Part shown: positions 12,237-22,002 of the stretch, piece by piece
How the letters are laid out: the number at the start of each line of letters is the position of its first letter
Position numbering within the stretch: the first letter of the stretch is position 1
NCBI GenBank assembly: GCA_964187785.1
Contig: OZ076415.1
Coordinates: forward strand, 46,934,001 to 46,998,000
Direction: 5' to 3'
From: Amphiscolops sp. MND2022
Taxonomy: Eukaryota
Length of the DNA: 64,000 nucleotides
Notes under the pieces: model-generated
Seen by the model: only the letters and a program-made list of their open reading frames with translations
Told to the model about the DNA's origin: nothing
The model's database searches: none
Program-made: the position numbers and the translations under genes

Positions 12237-13933
12237 GATGATGATGATGAGTTCTTTTACTGCCTACTGTGGGCATTTTAGTGTCCATAGAGGTACTCTG
12301 GCTTTGTTCTGACCACTCTATATTTTCTCTGATGCTCTTTCTTCGAAGCGCTTGTTTTTTTTGCAAATTCCATTCGTCTTTCTGATCTCCAGCTACTTCT
12401 GATTTGTTTTTCATTTCTGCTGCCATAATTTGAGCTTCGCGTTTCTTATAATCTTCTTGCAAATTGTTGCTAATTCTGAGTTCCTCGAACATTTCAAAAG
12501 GTCTGCTGTAATGTCTGTACGCCCGTAACCCAGGTTCTTCCAACTGAATTCATCTAGTTGACGCTTCATCTCTTCTTCCACTATTGGCCAATCACATAAA
12601 ATGTGCTCTACAGTCTGAATATCTTTCTTACATTGGCATAGGGGCGATTCTACCAGACTTCGTTGCCTTAGAAAATCGTACATTGTTTTTTGTCACAAAT
12701 CTCATACAGAACTTCATCTAGTCGTGAGAAGTCAGGTAGAATCGGAAAGTGTTCGCACGACACCTTTGGGATGTTCGCTTTTCTCTCCAGTGACAACGTA
12801 TTATTTATCGACTCCTGCCACAGAATTTCCTAGTACTTTGCTATTAGACTTCTGTCGTATCGGTAACAGTTCGAATTAAGGCAGACTAATCGACTCAGGT
12901 TACTTTTTTGCTCCTCCATTAGGCTGTGTTCGATTTCAGTAGAACACTCCGGGCGATCGGTTCTTTTCCACTCCAGGAAGCGAACCACGTCTTTCAAATC
13001 TTTTGCGATTGTTGATCCTGAACAACCATTCAATTTCGTGGTTATGTAGTCCATGCAGACGTCGTTTTTGAAACCCCGCTCTGTTGAAAAGCTTTCAGGT
13101 AGTGTTTAATGGAGTTCATCTTGGTCCAGATCGACAGCGGTGGTAGGCCTGTAATAGCCTCTGCAATGGATTGGTTGGGGGAAGTAAATAACTTCTAAAT
13201 AAATAACTTCTAATTAATATAGTAAACAACTTCTAAATAAATAAGTTCTAAAATTATTTTAGTAAATAACTTCTAAATTGCAATGGCATCTAGTAAATAA
13301 CTTCCAAACAGCTATTTTGACGTAATTATTTCTATAACGTCGTTAGCTATGTTCACATACCCCTAGTGCCCTAAATGCAGGAGCGAAGCGAAGCGGAGCG
13401 ACGTGCCATATGGCCATGCCTCAATGTTGCTACTTGGCGAAGGGAGCGAAGCGACCGAGCCATTCAACAAATATGCTAATCTTTTCAAATAACAGTTTTC
13501 GGAATAATAGAACGGTAAGTTTATTTTCGGAATAATGGAACGGTTAATTTATTTTCGGAAGAATGAATAGCAATCTTTACTAGAATGATTTCAGAAGTTA
13601 CCAGACGCAAATGCATTTTAGAAGTTATTTACTAATATAATTTTAGAACTTATTTATTTAGAAGTTATTTACGTGATCCGATTGGTTTACATTGTCACTT
13701 GCCCTAATGGATCGCTTCAACATTTCGTACCAGATACCATTTATCGACCGAATGTTCTTCGTTGTCTTCCACACTATACCCACAAAGAGGAGAACTGGAA
13801 GAAACGTAGTTTTAATGAGTTTTACTATAACTTGGTGATTGAGACCATTGGTCCTGTTCGTAAATCTGGTAATCATCCTCCATCTGTTGCACATTTCCTT
13901 CACCATTTTACCGCTGTGATCTGCGAAAAATAG
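12237..13933 (-). pseudogene. Decayed non-LTR retrotransposon (LINE), 3' part: RT thumb, downstream region, C-terminal Cys/His motif, (ATC)n tail
   Basis: FFADH...GLNHQVIVKLIKTTFLPVLLFVGIVW (RT thumb) and SPLCQCKKDIQTVEHILCDW (LINE C-terminal CxC...EH motif). Trinucleotide run at approx. 12238-12250. Many stops and frameshifts. Confidence 0.7.
13184..13672. mobile_element. Foldback/MITE-like element with long, internally repetitive inverted arms
   Basis: Left arm repeats GTAAATAACTTCTAAA; right arm repeats TTTAGAAGTTATTTAC. The centre holds a GAGCGAAGCGA-rich core. No TSD seen. Confidence 0.6.
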
Positions 13934-14264
13934 ACTTATATCTCTACTTTTAAGATGAGTATTTATGCCTGGCGGCTGGATGCAGGAATGGAGAGCAGTC
14001 AAGTCTTCGGAACATGGATCACAATCCTCAGATTAGTTCTCTCTTTTCTTATTGAAAACACAACCATGCAATTCTCTAGTTATTGTCAGCACTGATGTTT
14101 TTGTATTAATAAGTGTTATTATAATTATTTGTTTAAAGATGCTGATCAAATAGTTAAAAGGTTAAAGTTCTGTCTTAGGTAAAATAGTTTTAAGGTCAAA
14201 TATTTAAGAGTTCTTTCAATCAGTTCTTTTGTCCTCAACAACGGAATGTTTCAGCTATGTTACA
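13934..14264 (-). repeat. 3' LTR of element A (331 bp)
   Basis: Direct repeat of 27867-28195; by manual count 3 substitutions and one 2-bp indel (about 99% identity). Minus-strand termini TGT...AGT. Confidence 0.95.
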
Positions 14265-14273
14265 CTTCCTCTC
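14265..14273 (-). promoter_or_regulatory. Polypurine tract of element A
   Basis: GAGAGGAAG directly before the 3' LTR on the minus strand. Confidence 0.8.
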
Positions 14274-14600
14274 ATCGAAAAACTTCCGGCGTCTGAAAAA
14301 GAGCCATCATACAGTCTGAGGAGTAGTGTAGTGATGATTAGAAGCTGAAATTGCCAAGTTGAGTAGTCTACTTCCAATAATTCCATTGAAAGAGCCCAAA
14401 GAGAAGAGTTTTGGAGAGCAGCACAAGTCCCAGTTTCATGTTGTGATAAAGTTGTATATTTCATCCAGTCCAGTTGAATATTGTAGAGCCAAAGATTACT
14501 ACATTTATAATTTACATATACTGCAGAAGAAAATATATGAAAGGATTTGTTTTGATCAATCTCAATGATGAATGAATGATTTAACCGAAGGTTCGTGAAG

Positions 14601-17008
14601 TCAAGCATTGGTGTCGGCTTGGTCTGCTTCAAAGTCTCCGGTATCGGGAACCTTTTGGTTAATTGTAACTTGACAGTTACTTGGGTGTTTTTTGATTGAT
14701 GATTGAAGATTTTTAATGGGATGGCATTGTTTGAATGCAGTCGTCTCGTATTCAAACCTTGAACTGGCCATTCTGGGGTCTAGTGGACTTTGCATGAGCA
14801 CTTGATCGCAATTAGCAGATGTAGATGGTTCGTTTAGATTTCTTTTCGATTGTGAACGTGAAAGATGATATATTCGTCCAAATTTTTTGTGAAATTTATC
14901 CTCAGCATGAGAATCAGTTGTTTCCAATTTCATCATGGGTTTAGCTCGCACTCTTTTTTTGTTTTTATCAAGTAGGGATGGCAACAATTTCGATGCCAGA
15001 TTGTAGCGATGATAAATGTACATGAAGATCAAGTGCAAAGCTGTCGATACAATGAACACAGTTAATGTCAGCATGAATGAAATTCGGAACGGAACATATT
15101 GATTAAATTCTTTCGTTAAGGCTGGTTTCAAGAGTTTCATTTCTGATGCATATGGTCTGGCAATGTCGATCATGTGTTTGACTTCACGATTCTTTGGTCC
15201 TTTTGCTAACTGTAGCTTTACCTCCCTCAAAAACTTCACTCCTGCTTCAGCTTTCGATGGGTAGAACGGTAATTCGTCCAAAGGGGGGACTTCCATAACC
15301 AATGAAGCGATAGGATTAGGCAGAGAAACTTGCAATTTTATTGGTGGAATGTGAGCGCAACTTGATAGATCAGATCGGATCTTGATGTTGTCAGTCATGA
15401 TTTGCATTCCACATGCTAAAGTGATGAGACATATGCGGCATCCGCGAAAAGAAGAGCCCTGAACAGAGGAAGATGAAACTTCACGAAGGGTAACTGCGTG
15501 AGCGGATTGAATTAACCAAATGCCATAGCCTAAGTTTGTGGCTTGTTCTATGGCAGGCAGTTGTACAATGGTAGTATCACATACTGCAAGAGCCTCCTAT
15601 GCTGTACTGGAATACAAGGTGGCTAAACAAGACGAGTGTCCCATCTCTGTTGGAACAGACTCTGAACAGATTCGGTAACGAGATGAGCCGAGACAATGCT
15701 CAAACTGTTCAGCAGAGAGGACAGATGACTCCATGTGATCCTCCGACAAAGCTAAATATGGAGCTTCGATGTTTCATGTAAGACCCGACTGGGGATCGTC
15801 TGGATACGGCATCGGAATTAATTTTGCTTCATAGACAGTAAAAACGGTTTGCTTAGATGCTAGCGGGATGTTCAGGGTCATCAAAAGACCTTCATTAACC
15901 GTAATAGCATCTGCTAAGAGCTTGGAATCGAAGTAAGATAGCAGATCTGACATTGGGATAGCTAAAATCAGCCTATCCTCAGCCGTCGCCTGCTTCATTG
16001 CAACACTTCGTAGAATAGCCAATAACGATTCCGTTGGTACCAAAGACATAGGTAAATGACCTCTAAGTATAACCGGAATTGAATTTAAGATGTTCATGCG
16101 GAATGCAAATAAGACCGCGCGATAGCTCTTAACACTTGCATGTATCATTGCTAGTAGCGAAGATAAGGTATCGAAATTGAAGTTTAGTTGTTGATTCGAA
16201 AAAAGCGTTTGGTTGCAGTCGCGGAGTACATGAAAATTATGCTCAAAAACATCAAACTGTTGTTGAATAAGTGCCCAGTTTTTGTTTTGCGTATCAACAA
16301 GTTCCCTTTGGATGTCGTGAAGGGCCGCCAATTCATTTTCTACCAAAAAAATTTTTTGTCCGTAGATGTTGTAAATTCAGTTACATACTGGGTTAAAATG
16401 TCCTGGAAGTCTGATAGTTTGCGTATGTTCTCGGCATTTGCCTTCGCAGCGTCTTGACAGGAATCAAAAATGCCTTGTAGTCCACAAGAGTCGGAACTAC
16501 CGAGAGCCACTCCTCCTCCAAAAAGGCCGACTGCAGCAAGAGCCGCTAGTCCCACTTGGGATCCACGTCGGTGGCGAGTATTCCGCTGCTGTTGAGGAGG
16601 GGAGAGAAACATTGCTGTTTCATTACGTAGGAGGGCAACATCGAGTTCCGCAGTGTGGATTTCAGTTTCTATTTGTTGTAACATCCAGGTGACATTGAAC
16701 GGCGTTGAATTTGTTGAAAAGTGACTTGAAAAGTCCAAGGGACAAAAAACAGATGGAAGTTCCCACATCGACGCAAATTTGGCCATTAAGGCCACAATAT
16801 CTGGTTTAAGTGCGAAGTCATAAGTCGGAAAGGGGACTAAAAATTCAGTTTTTATAAATTTCTCCGCGAGCAAGATTTTACTGCGTTCATGGAACAGAAC
16901 GCCCTTTTCTTGGATTTCGTTCGGGTTATTGGAGGCTTCTAAATTAGAAAGCCACTCACTTCGAACTGAAGCAGGGGTGAAGAAAACCAGGAGGAACAAA
17001 ACTAACAT
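14601..17008 (-). pseudogene. env: Env-like class I fusion glycoprotein (about 800 aa), disrupted by 1 frameshift and 2 nonsense codons
   Basis: Signal peptide MLVLFLLVFFTPASVRS; furin site NTRHRR; fusion-peptide-like GSQVGLAALAAVGLFGGGVALG; heptad-rich helix; Cys-rich ectodomain including EQATNLGYGIWLI; TM ISFMLTLTVFIVSTALHLIFMYIY. Pieces 16340-17089, 15774-16346 and 14601-15407 join via a T-run frameshift at approx. 16345, TGA at 15774 and TAG at approx. 15590. Confidence 0.85.
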
Positions 17009-17388
17009 CGATCCGTTTTTCTTCGTGTGTTTCCCCCTTTTTTTGATATTGGATAAAATCGAATAATTTTCGAATGAATACTGTAGCAACTAGTTCGATC
17101 GATCTCAAATGCAAGAATGGCACTTTAGGTATTTTTGGGCGGGGTTTGTGGATTTTTGAAAGATCACAAGAAATGTGATTCCATTTGTTTTCAATATCCG
17201 GTGCCCTTTTGATATTGACAAAATTCGAGTTGTGAAAGTTTGTTTTGGCAAGTCATGTTTACGGTACTAGTGATATTGGCGTTGTTTAGTTGCACGTAGG
17301 TAAGTAATGTGACATCCTGTATGTAAGTGGACATAGGACAGCAAAATGTCATCCAAGTCGAAAAGAGATTTTCGAGTATTTCAGCTAA

Positions 17389-17799
17389 ATGAAAGTCCTG
17401 TACTTGGTTTCGGCATTCTGCCTTTATGCCATTGTTGAAACATGTGTGCAAAGGGAGTGGCGAGGCCACAAAATACTGTGTTGTCCCAACGGGACTGCTA
17501 TGGAAGTCTCGCCTGGTCAGAATGTCTGGGTGACACAAAAGACAAGTGTATGTGGCGCATCGAGCATCGAAGAAAAACCTGACTCTAAATCGAAAAAAGT
17601 GATGAAATGGCTAATCGCCCTACTTGTATTAGGAATAGATGCGTGCTGTTGCTGGCGGAAATTTCCTATCCAAAGAATTACTGCAATGATAACAAAATGT
17701 TGTCCAACCAAAGCTGACGTGGTCGAAAACCCAAAACTGGAAGTAAAAGTCATCAAAACTGAAGCAGTTGCGAAACTTCCACGCAGCCAGTCGTTTTAA
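17389..17799 (+). CDS. Small putative membrane protein, antisense inside element A
   Basis: 136-aa ATG ORF with hydrophobic N-terminus MKVLYLVSAFCLYAIVETC, a second hydrophobic stretch WLIALLVLGI, then a CCC motif and basic residues. No recognisable family. Confidence 0.5.
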   Translation: MKVLYLVSAFCLYAIVETCVQREWRGHKILCCPNGTAMEVSPGQNVWVTQKTSVCGASSIEEKPDSKSKKVMKWLIALLVLGIDACCCWRKFPIQRITAMITKCCPTKADVVENPKLEVKVIKTEAVAKLPRSQSF

Positions 17800-18077
17800 G
17801 TGACAAAAAACTAGGTTTTTGTTTTACGTTATGTGTGAGAATAATTTAGTTAGTGTGATAACTGAACAATCTGAATTTGACAGCATACTTTTACGTTTAC
17901 AGCATACGTTTACAGCATACTTTGAAACTTGAAAGGATTTAATGCTACTTGTTTTGATAAAAAACTTGGCTTTTAAAAAGACCGGAGCCAAATCTGCTAG
18001 TTTACAAGAAAAAAAGTGCATATTATCAAGGTTAGAAGATTCAAGAGTTTAAATAAACAAAGAACAGAATGAATTGG

Positions 18078-18362
18078 TCATAAAGTTTGATAGGCATTAA
18101 ACAAAGCCATCCGCAGTTGTCGGAATTTGATGAAAGTCCCTAAGCCGCCGAATTTCGGGACAGGAAAATCCTGTCTTTGAAACAGAAGAACCAGCTCGAT
18201 CCATTGAGGAGAACCGTAGGCAAGCTGTCGTAAGGTGCCATCTGATAGGATCAGCGAAATGCCCATCGTTTCATCAGTTTGAATGCGTATAATTGGGAAA
18301 GCCGTGCCATCGTGGGTACACTCCCAATTGTAGTGAAAGGCAAAAGCCATGCTTTGTAACAT
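18078..18362 (-). CDS. Small ORF of unknown function between pol and env of element A
   Basis: 94-aa ATG ORF with globular-looking composition; no recognised motif. Confidence 0.3.
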   Translation of the reverse strand: MLQSMAFAFHYNWECTHDGTAFPIIRIQTDETMGISLILSDGTLRQLAYGSPQWIELVLLFQRQDFPVPKFGGLGTFIKFRQLRMALFNAYQTL

Positions 18363-18535
18363 TACGTGAAAAGATCGAGTGGAAAGTAGGTAAAATGATG
18401 TGCCGAAGCTTAGCTTAAATTCAAAAGTAAAGAATCGAAAGAAAGAGACAAACTAGACAAAACGCTGTACAAGAAGAACTTGTCGATGAATGATATTGAC
18501 TATATTGTTTTGTCGGTAAACAGGAGTTAAATGTC

Positions 18536-19793
18536 ATGACAAAGGAACTTGAGTCAAGTGTAACTAACGCAACATGTGTTTGTTTTAAATCTCGAGAATG
18601 CAGCGAAAAGATTCATTATGAATATTTGCTAGATAGAATGGAACGTACATTATACAATGCGATCTCTGAAATGAAAAGAAACAACGAAGTGAACAAATTA
18701 GTCCGCCAAACAAAGGGGCAAAAGGATTTATGGGGGAAACGGCTCAAGCGGTTCACTCTCAACGAAATGGGGGCTTCATGCTGGAACGGTCAAAGGGTGC
18801 CAACAGTCGAAGAGTTAACCACTATCTTATGGCCTTTTCATGAAACTGAGAAAAGGCACATACAAGACGAAGAATCATTGCGAAAAGTATTATCCGACAA
18901 AGGGTACGTTTTGCCAACATTCATTGGAGGTCTCGAACGGGCTGTAAAAACGTAAGTAAACGGATTAGAGAAAACAAAATTAGAAAAGACAATAACGAAG
19001 TAACCATTTTCATAGATTCCTGCACGATTGTCCAGAATGCTTCTGGACGCGAAAAGAAGGCTATCGTTGGCAGAGAGCAACAAGTGTGGCTCGAAGGGAG
19101 CGACAAAAGGCCTGTGAAAAAATAGGTCTAGTCTGGCAAAAACTGACGGACGAGCCAGAAAATGGAGCAGTAATTGGGCTAGGTGAGCCGCCGATGGCAA
19201 CTTGTAAATCGATTCTTGCCCAAGGTGGTGGAAAACGTTGGGCGTCAAGTGTATATTACTTGCTGACGGGAAAAAAAGTGGTAAGTGTATGATGGAAAAC
19301 CATCATGACGACTGCAACTGGAAACGGAAAGCAAGAGAGTGATGGTGTTTCAGATAAAAAAAAGGACAGCACTGCATTGAAGCGGATCCGGCATACAATC
19401 GGGAACCACATGAAAACCCCTGAATTTCAGAAGTCAAGTGTAGAATGCCTGGAGTACGCTCCAAATGAATTCGAACTCGATGCCGTGCTGCGGTCAAATG
19501 CCGACATCAGTGAGCCTTGGGTAAGACCAAATTATTCAACGAAAAGTTTAAACAGGAATTTCAGAAAAATGCACTGCTTTCAGATGTTAGGCACGGCCCA
19601 GGTATTAGGCTGGGACATGCTAGTCTTCTTAAGATACGCAAAAAGAAAGGGATGGATTCGCTATCCTGCAAAAGCGAGGAGTCCAGCACCAAGGGCCGCC
19701 TTTCTCTTCCATGTCATTCACTCAGAGAGAGAAAGGAAATTTCATTGTGAACCACTAGTTGAGTGGCCAATAGAAAGGTTAGTAGGGACGTAA
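18536..19793 (+). pseudogene. Fragmented antisense accessory ORF(s) of unknown function inside element A
   Basis: Consecutive plus-strand ORFs 18536-18955 (139 aa), 19086-19292 and 19305-19793 (162 aa) look like one broken reading frame; the frame reads on as VNGLEKTKLEKTITK after the TAA at 18953. Confidence 0.4.
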
Positions 19794-20385
19794 GTGATCA
19801 ATATAATTTAAAAAACATCGAAAATGATTGAAAAAGTATTTACAGCAACGACGTAACCTTTGATGGGAGTGGGGAGGCCGAAAAGTCGCCCTCTAAAAAG
19901 GCCCGAAAATACTGGGAGTAATCATTTCATCAAATGATCTCATTTCAAAATTCATAAAGAAATGTCCAACTCAGGAAATCTAAATCTTTGTCGATAAAAG
20001 TGGTTTTAAGCGAGTATAAGGCAAGCTTACCGCTGGCGGGCGGTTGTGAAACAAGTTTTATAGAGTTTTTTTTCTAAAAAAAACGTCGAATTGTGGAAAT
20101 TATTGTAGGGAGACATGGAATCTCGAAGTGCGCCGTACGACCAGAAATTTTTTTTTTGATTTGCAATGCGACCAATGGGTGTGCCAATCAAAAGAGCGAG
20201 GCAAAAAAGGGCAGGACGCCGAAAATCCAAGTCTGCTGCGAAAATTTAACACTGAAAAAACTTCGGTTGAAAAGGTCAATTTTCATGTTTGTTGCGTTTT
20301 TGGTAATACGTTTAACGGAAAGAAGAGTAAAGAGCGACGTCTCGTGAGTAAGAAGCGATTGCATGACCCCAAGAAAGAGCGATCA

Positions 20386-22002
20386 TTAACGTGGGGGCTG
20401 AATGATTGTAATAGTAACCGGCGACTGTGAAAAAATACGATATAAGATTGAGAAAACAGTTGGCCAATGTAATCAGTCAAGACCGCTTCCGAGTCGCGGG
20501 ATGCTAAGTGCCCGAATGTTATGGCGCTCTAAATGCTGACGAAGGGCCATCAAGCTCAACTGAAGCGTTTCGTATGTAGGTTTATGAAAAAATCGTTGTT
20601 TGGTCACTAAATTGTGGATATAACGTTGATTTTTTTTGTCAAAATAAGAGACCAATGAGCCTGAAGGTAAACTGTTTTTTGCATTGAATCCAAACTGACG
20701 GAGCTCTGGATAGCGGTATGCGATTGCGGAAGCAAGGCCGCGTTTCATTTGAAAATCGGCTGAAACACAGTGAGCTATAGACTCTGTAGAGTCTAGGATA
20801 TTCGAAGAAGAAAAGCAAAAGTTTGGATGATTGTCGGAAGAAATAGAATTTAAAACATTGGATGAGGACAGTCTTTTCTTCAAATTACGGAAATTGTAGC
20901 GTGCTTTTACTTCCGTTTGGTGCTGGAGATACGCCTGAGGAGATTGCGGTGTCAGCTGGTGCGTTGGAGATTGTTGTACCCGTGGGCTTTGACTAGAATG
21001 AGGCCGAGTGCGTTGACAAGATTCAAGTAAGATCGTGCGCTTATCTGCTTTTGGTAAGCTTGTGCCTGGGACCTGATTCAACTGTGTTCTATGTGGAGGT
21101 TGTCCGTAAGTTTTTGGTCCACGTCCAATAAAGACTGGTACTGTTTCACGATTCTCATCGAAATTCAAAGTGCGATTAGTGCGAGATGAGGTAGTCGGAA
21201 GTTTCGAACGGACGGTACGTGATGCTTGCTCGGCCGAAGTGGGTGTAAATGCACCTGCGTGGCGTGCCTGGTCATCATCTGAAGTCGCTGGTGGAGAGGA
21301 CGGAGAATCTGTGGATTCATCGTCAAGATATGGCACAAGCGCTGGTTGTTGTTCTTCGTCCTGGGCTGGCAGTGCGGGAATTGCTGGAGCTGCTGCTGCA
21401 GCTGGTAGGGGTGGAACTGCTGGCCCTGGAGCTGGTCCCATCGGGATAACAGCTGGTTCAATAGGAAAACTAAGCGAAACCGTAACCGGTGGAGGCTTTT
21501 CTTCGTTGTGAGCGACACTAGTTTCCTCTGAGGGAGGTAATAGAAGGTTTGGAATGCTTTCATCGAAAATAGCTGGTTCTCCACGGAATCGCCCAAGCAT
21601 AGGGTCGCGTTGAAATTTATCCGGGTCAATTTGCGGTAAGTCGTCAACTTGATATTGCGGTACAACCGGTCGGAGACGAATGCGATGTACGCATTGAGTG
21701 TAGTTTGTACCTACCTTGCGAATTATGTAATTTGAATTTGTTAAAACTTGCTCGACGCGATACAATGGTAGCCAGATAGGAAGGAACTTACTGGAAAAAT
21801 CAGACTGCGTCATTAGTTTTGGATTCAAAAGAAGACAAAACGAGAATTGTTTTAGAGGTTGCGCTTCAGCTTTGTAATCATAATATGCGCGGTATCTATT
21901 ATACATTTCAGTCAATTTACTTTTCGCTTCGGAAAATTTTTGTAGCATGGCATCCTGCAATGCAAGCACACACATATTCCGTAGTCGGTTGCGCACGTTC
22001 AA
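20386..22002 (-). pseudogene. Pol C-terminal extension: integrase tail, low-complexity linker and TARG1/OARD1-like macrodomain (approx. 20386-20820)
   Basis: SIAHCVSADFQMKRGLA...YIHNLVTKQRFFHKPTYETLQLSL...ALSIPRLGSGLD*LHWPTVFSILYRIFSQSPVTITII aligns by eye with human TARG1 (SLAHCISEDCRMGAGIA...[21 protein letters not shown]...LSMPRIGCGLDRLQWENV). Joined to pol by a frameshift in a (TG)n run at approx. 21970; premature TGA at 20473. Confidence 0.85.
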
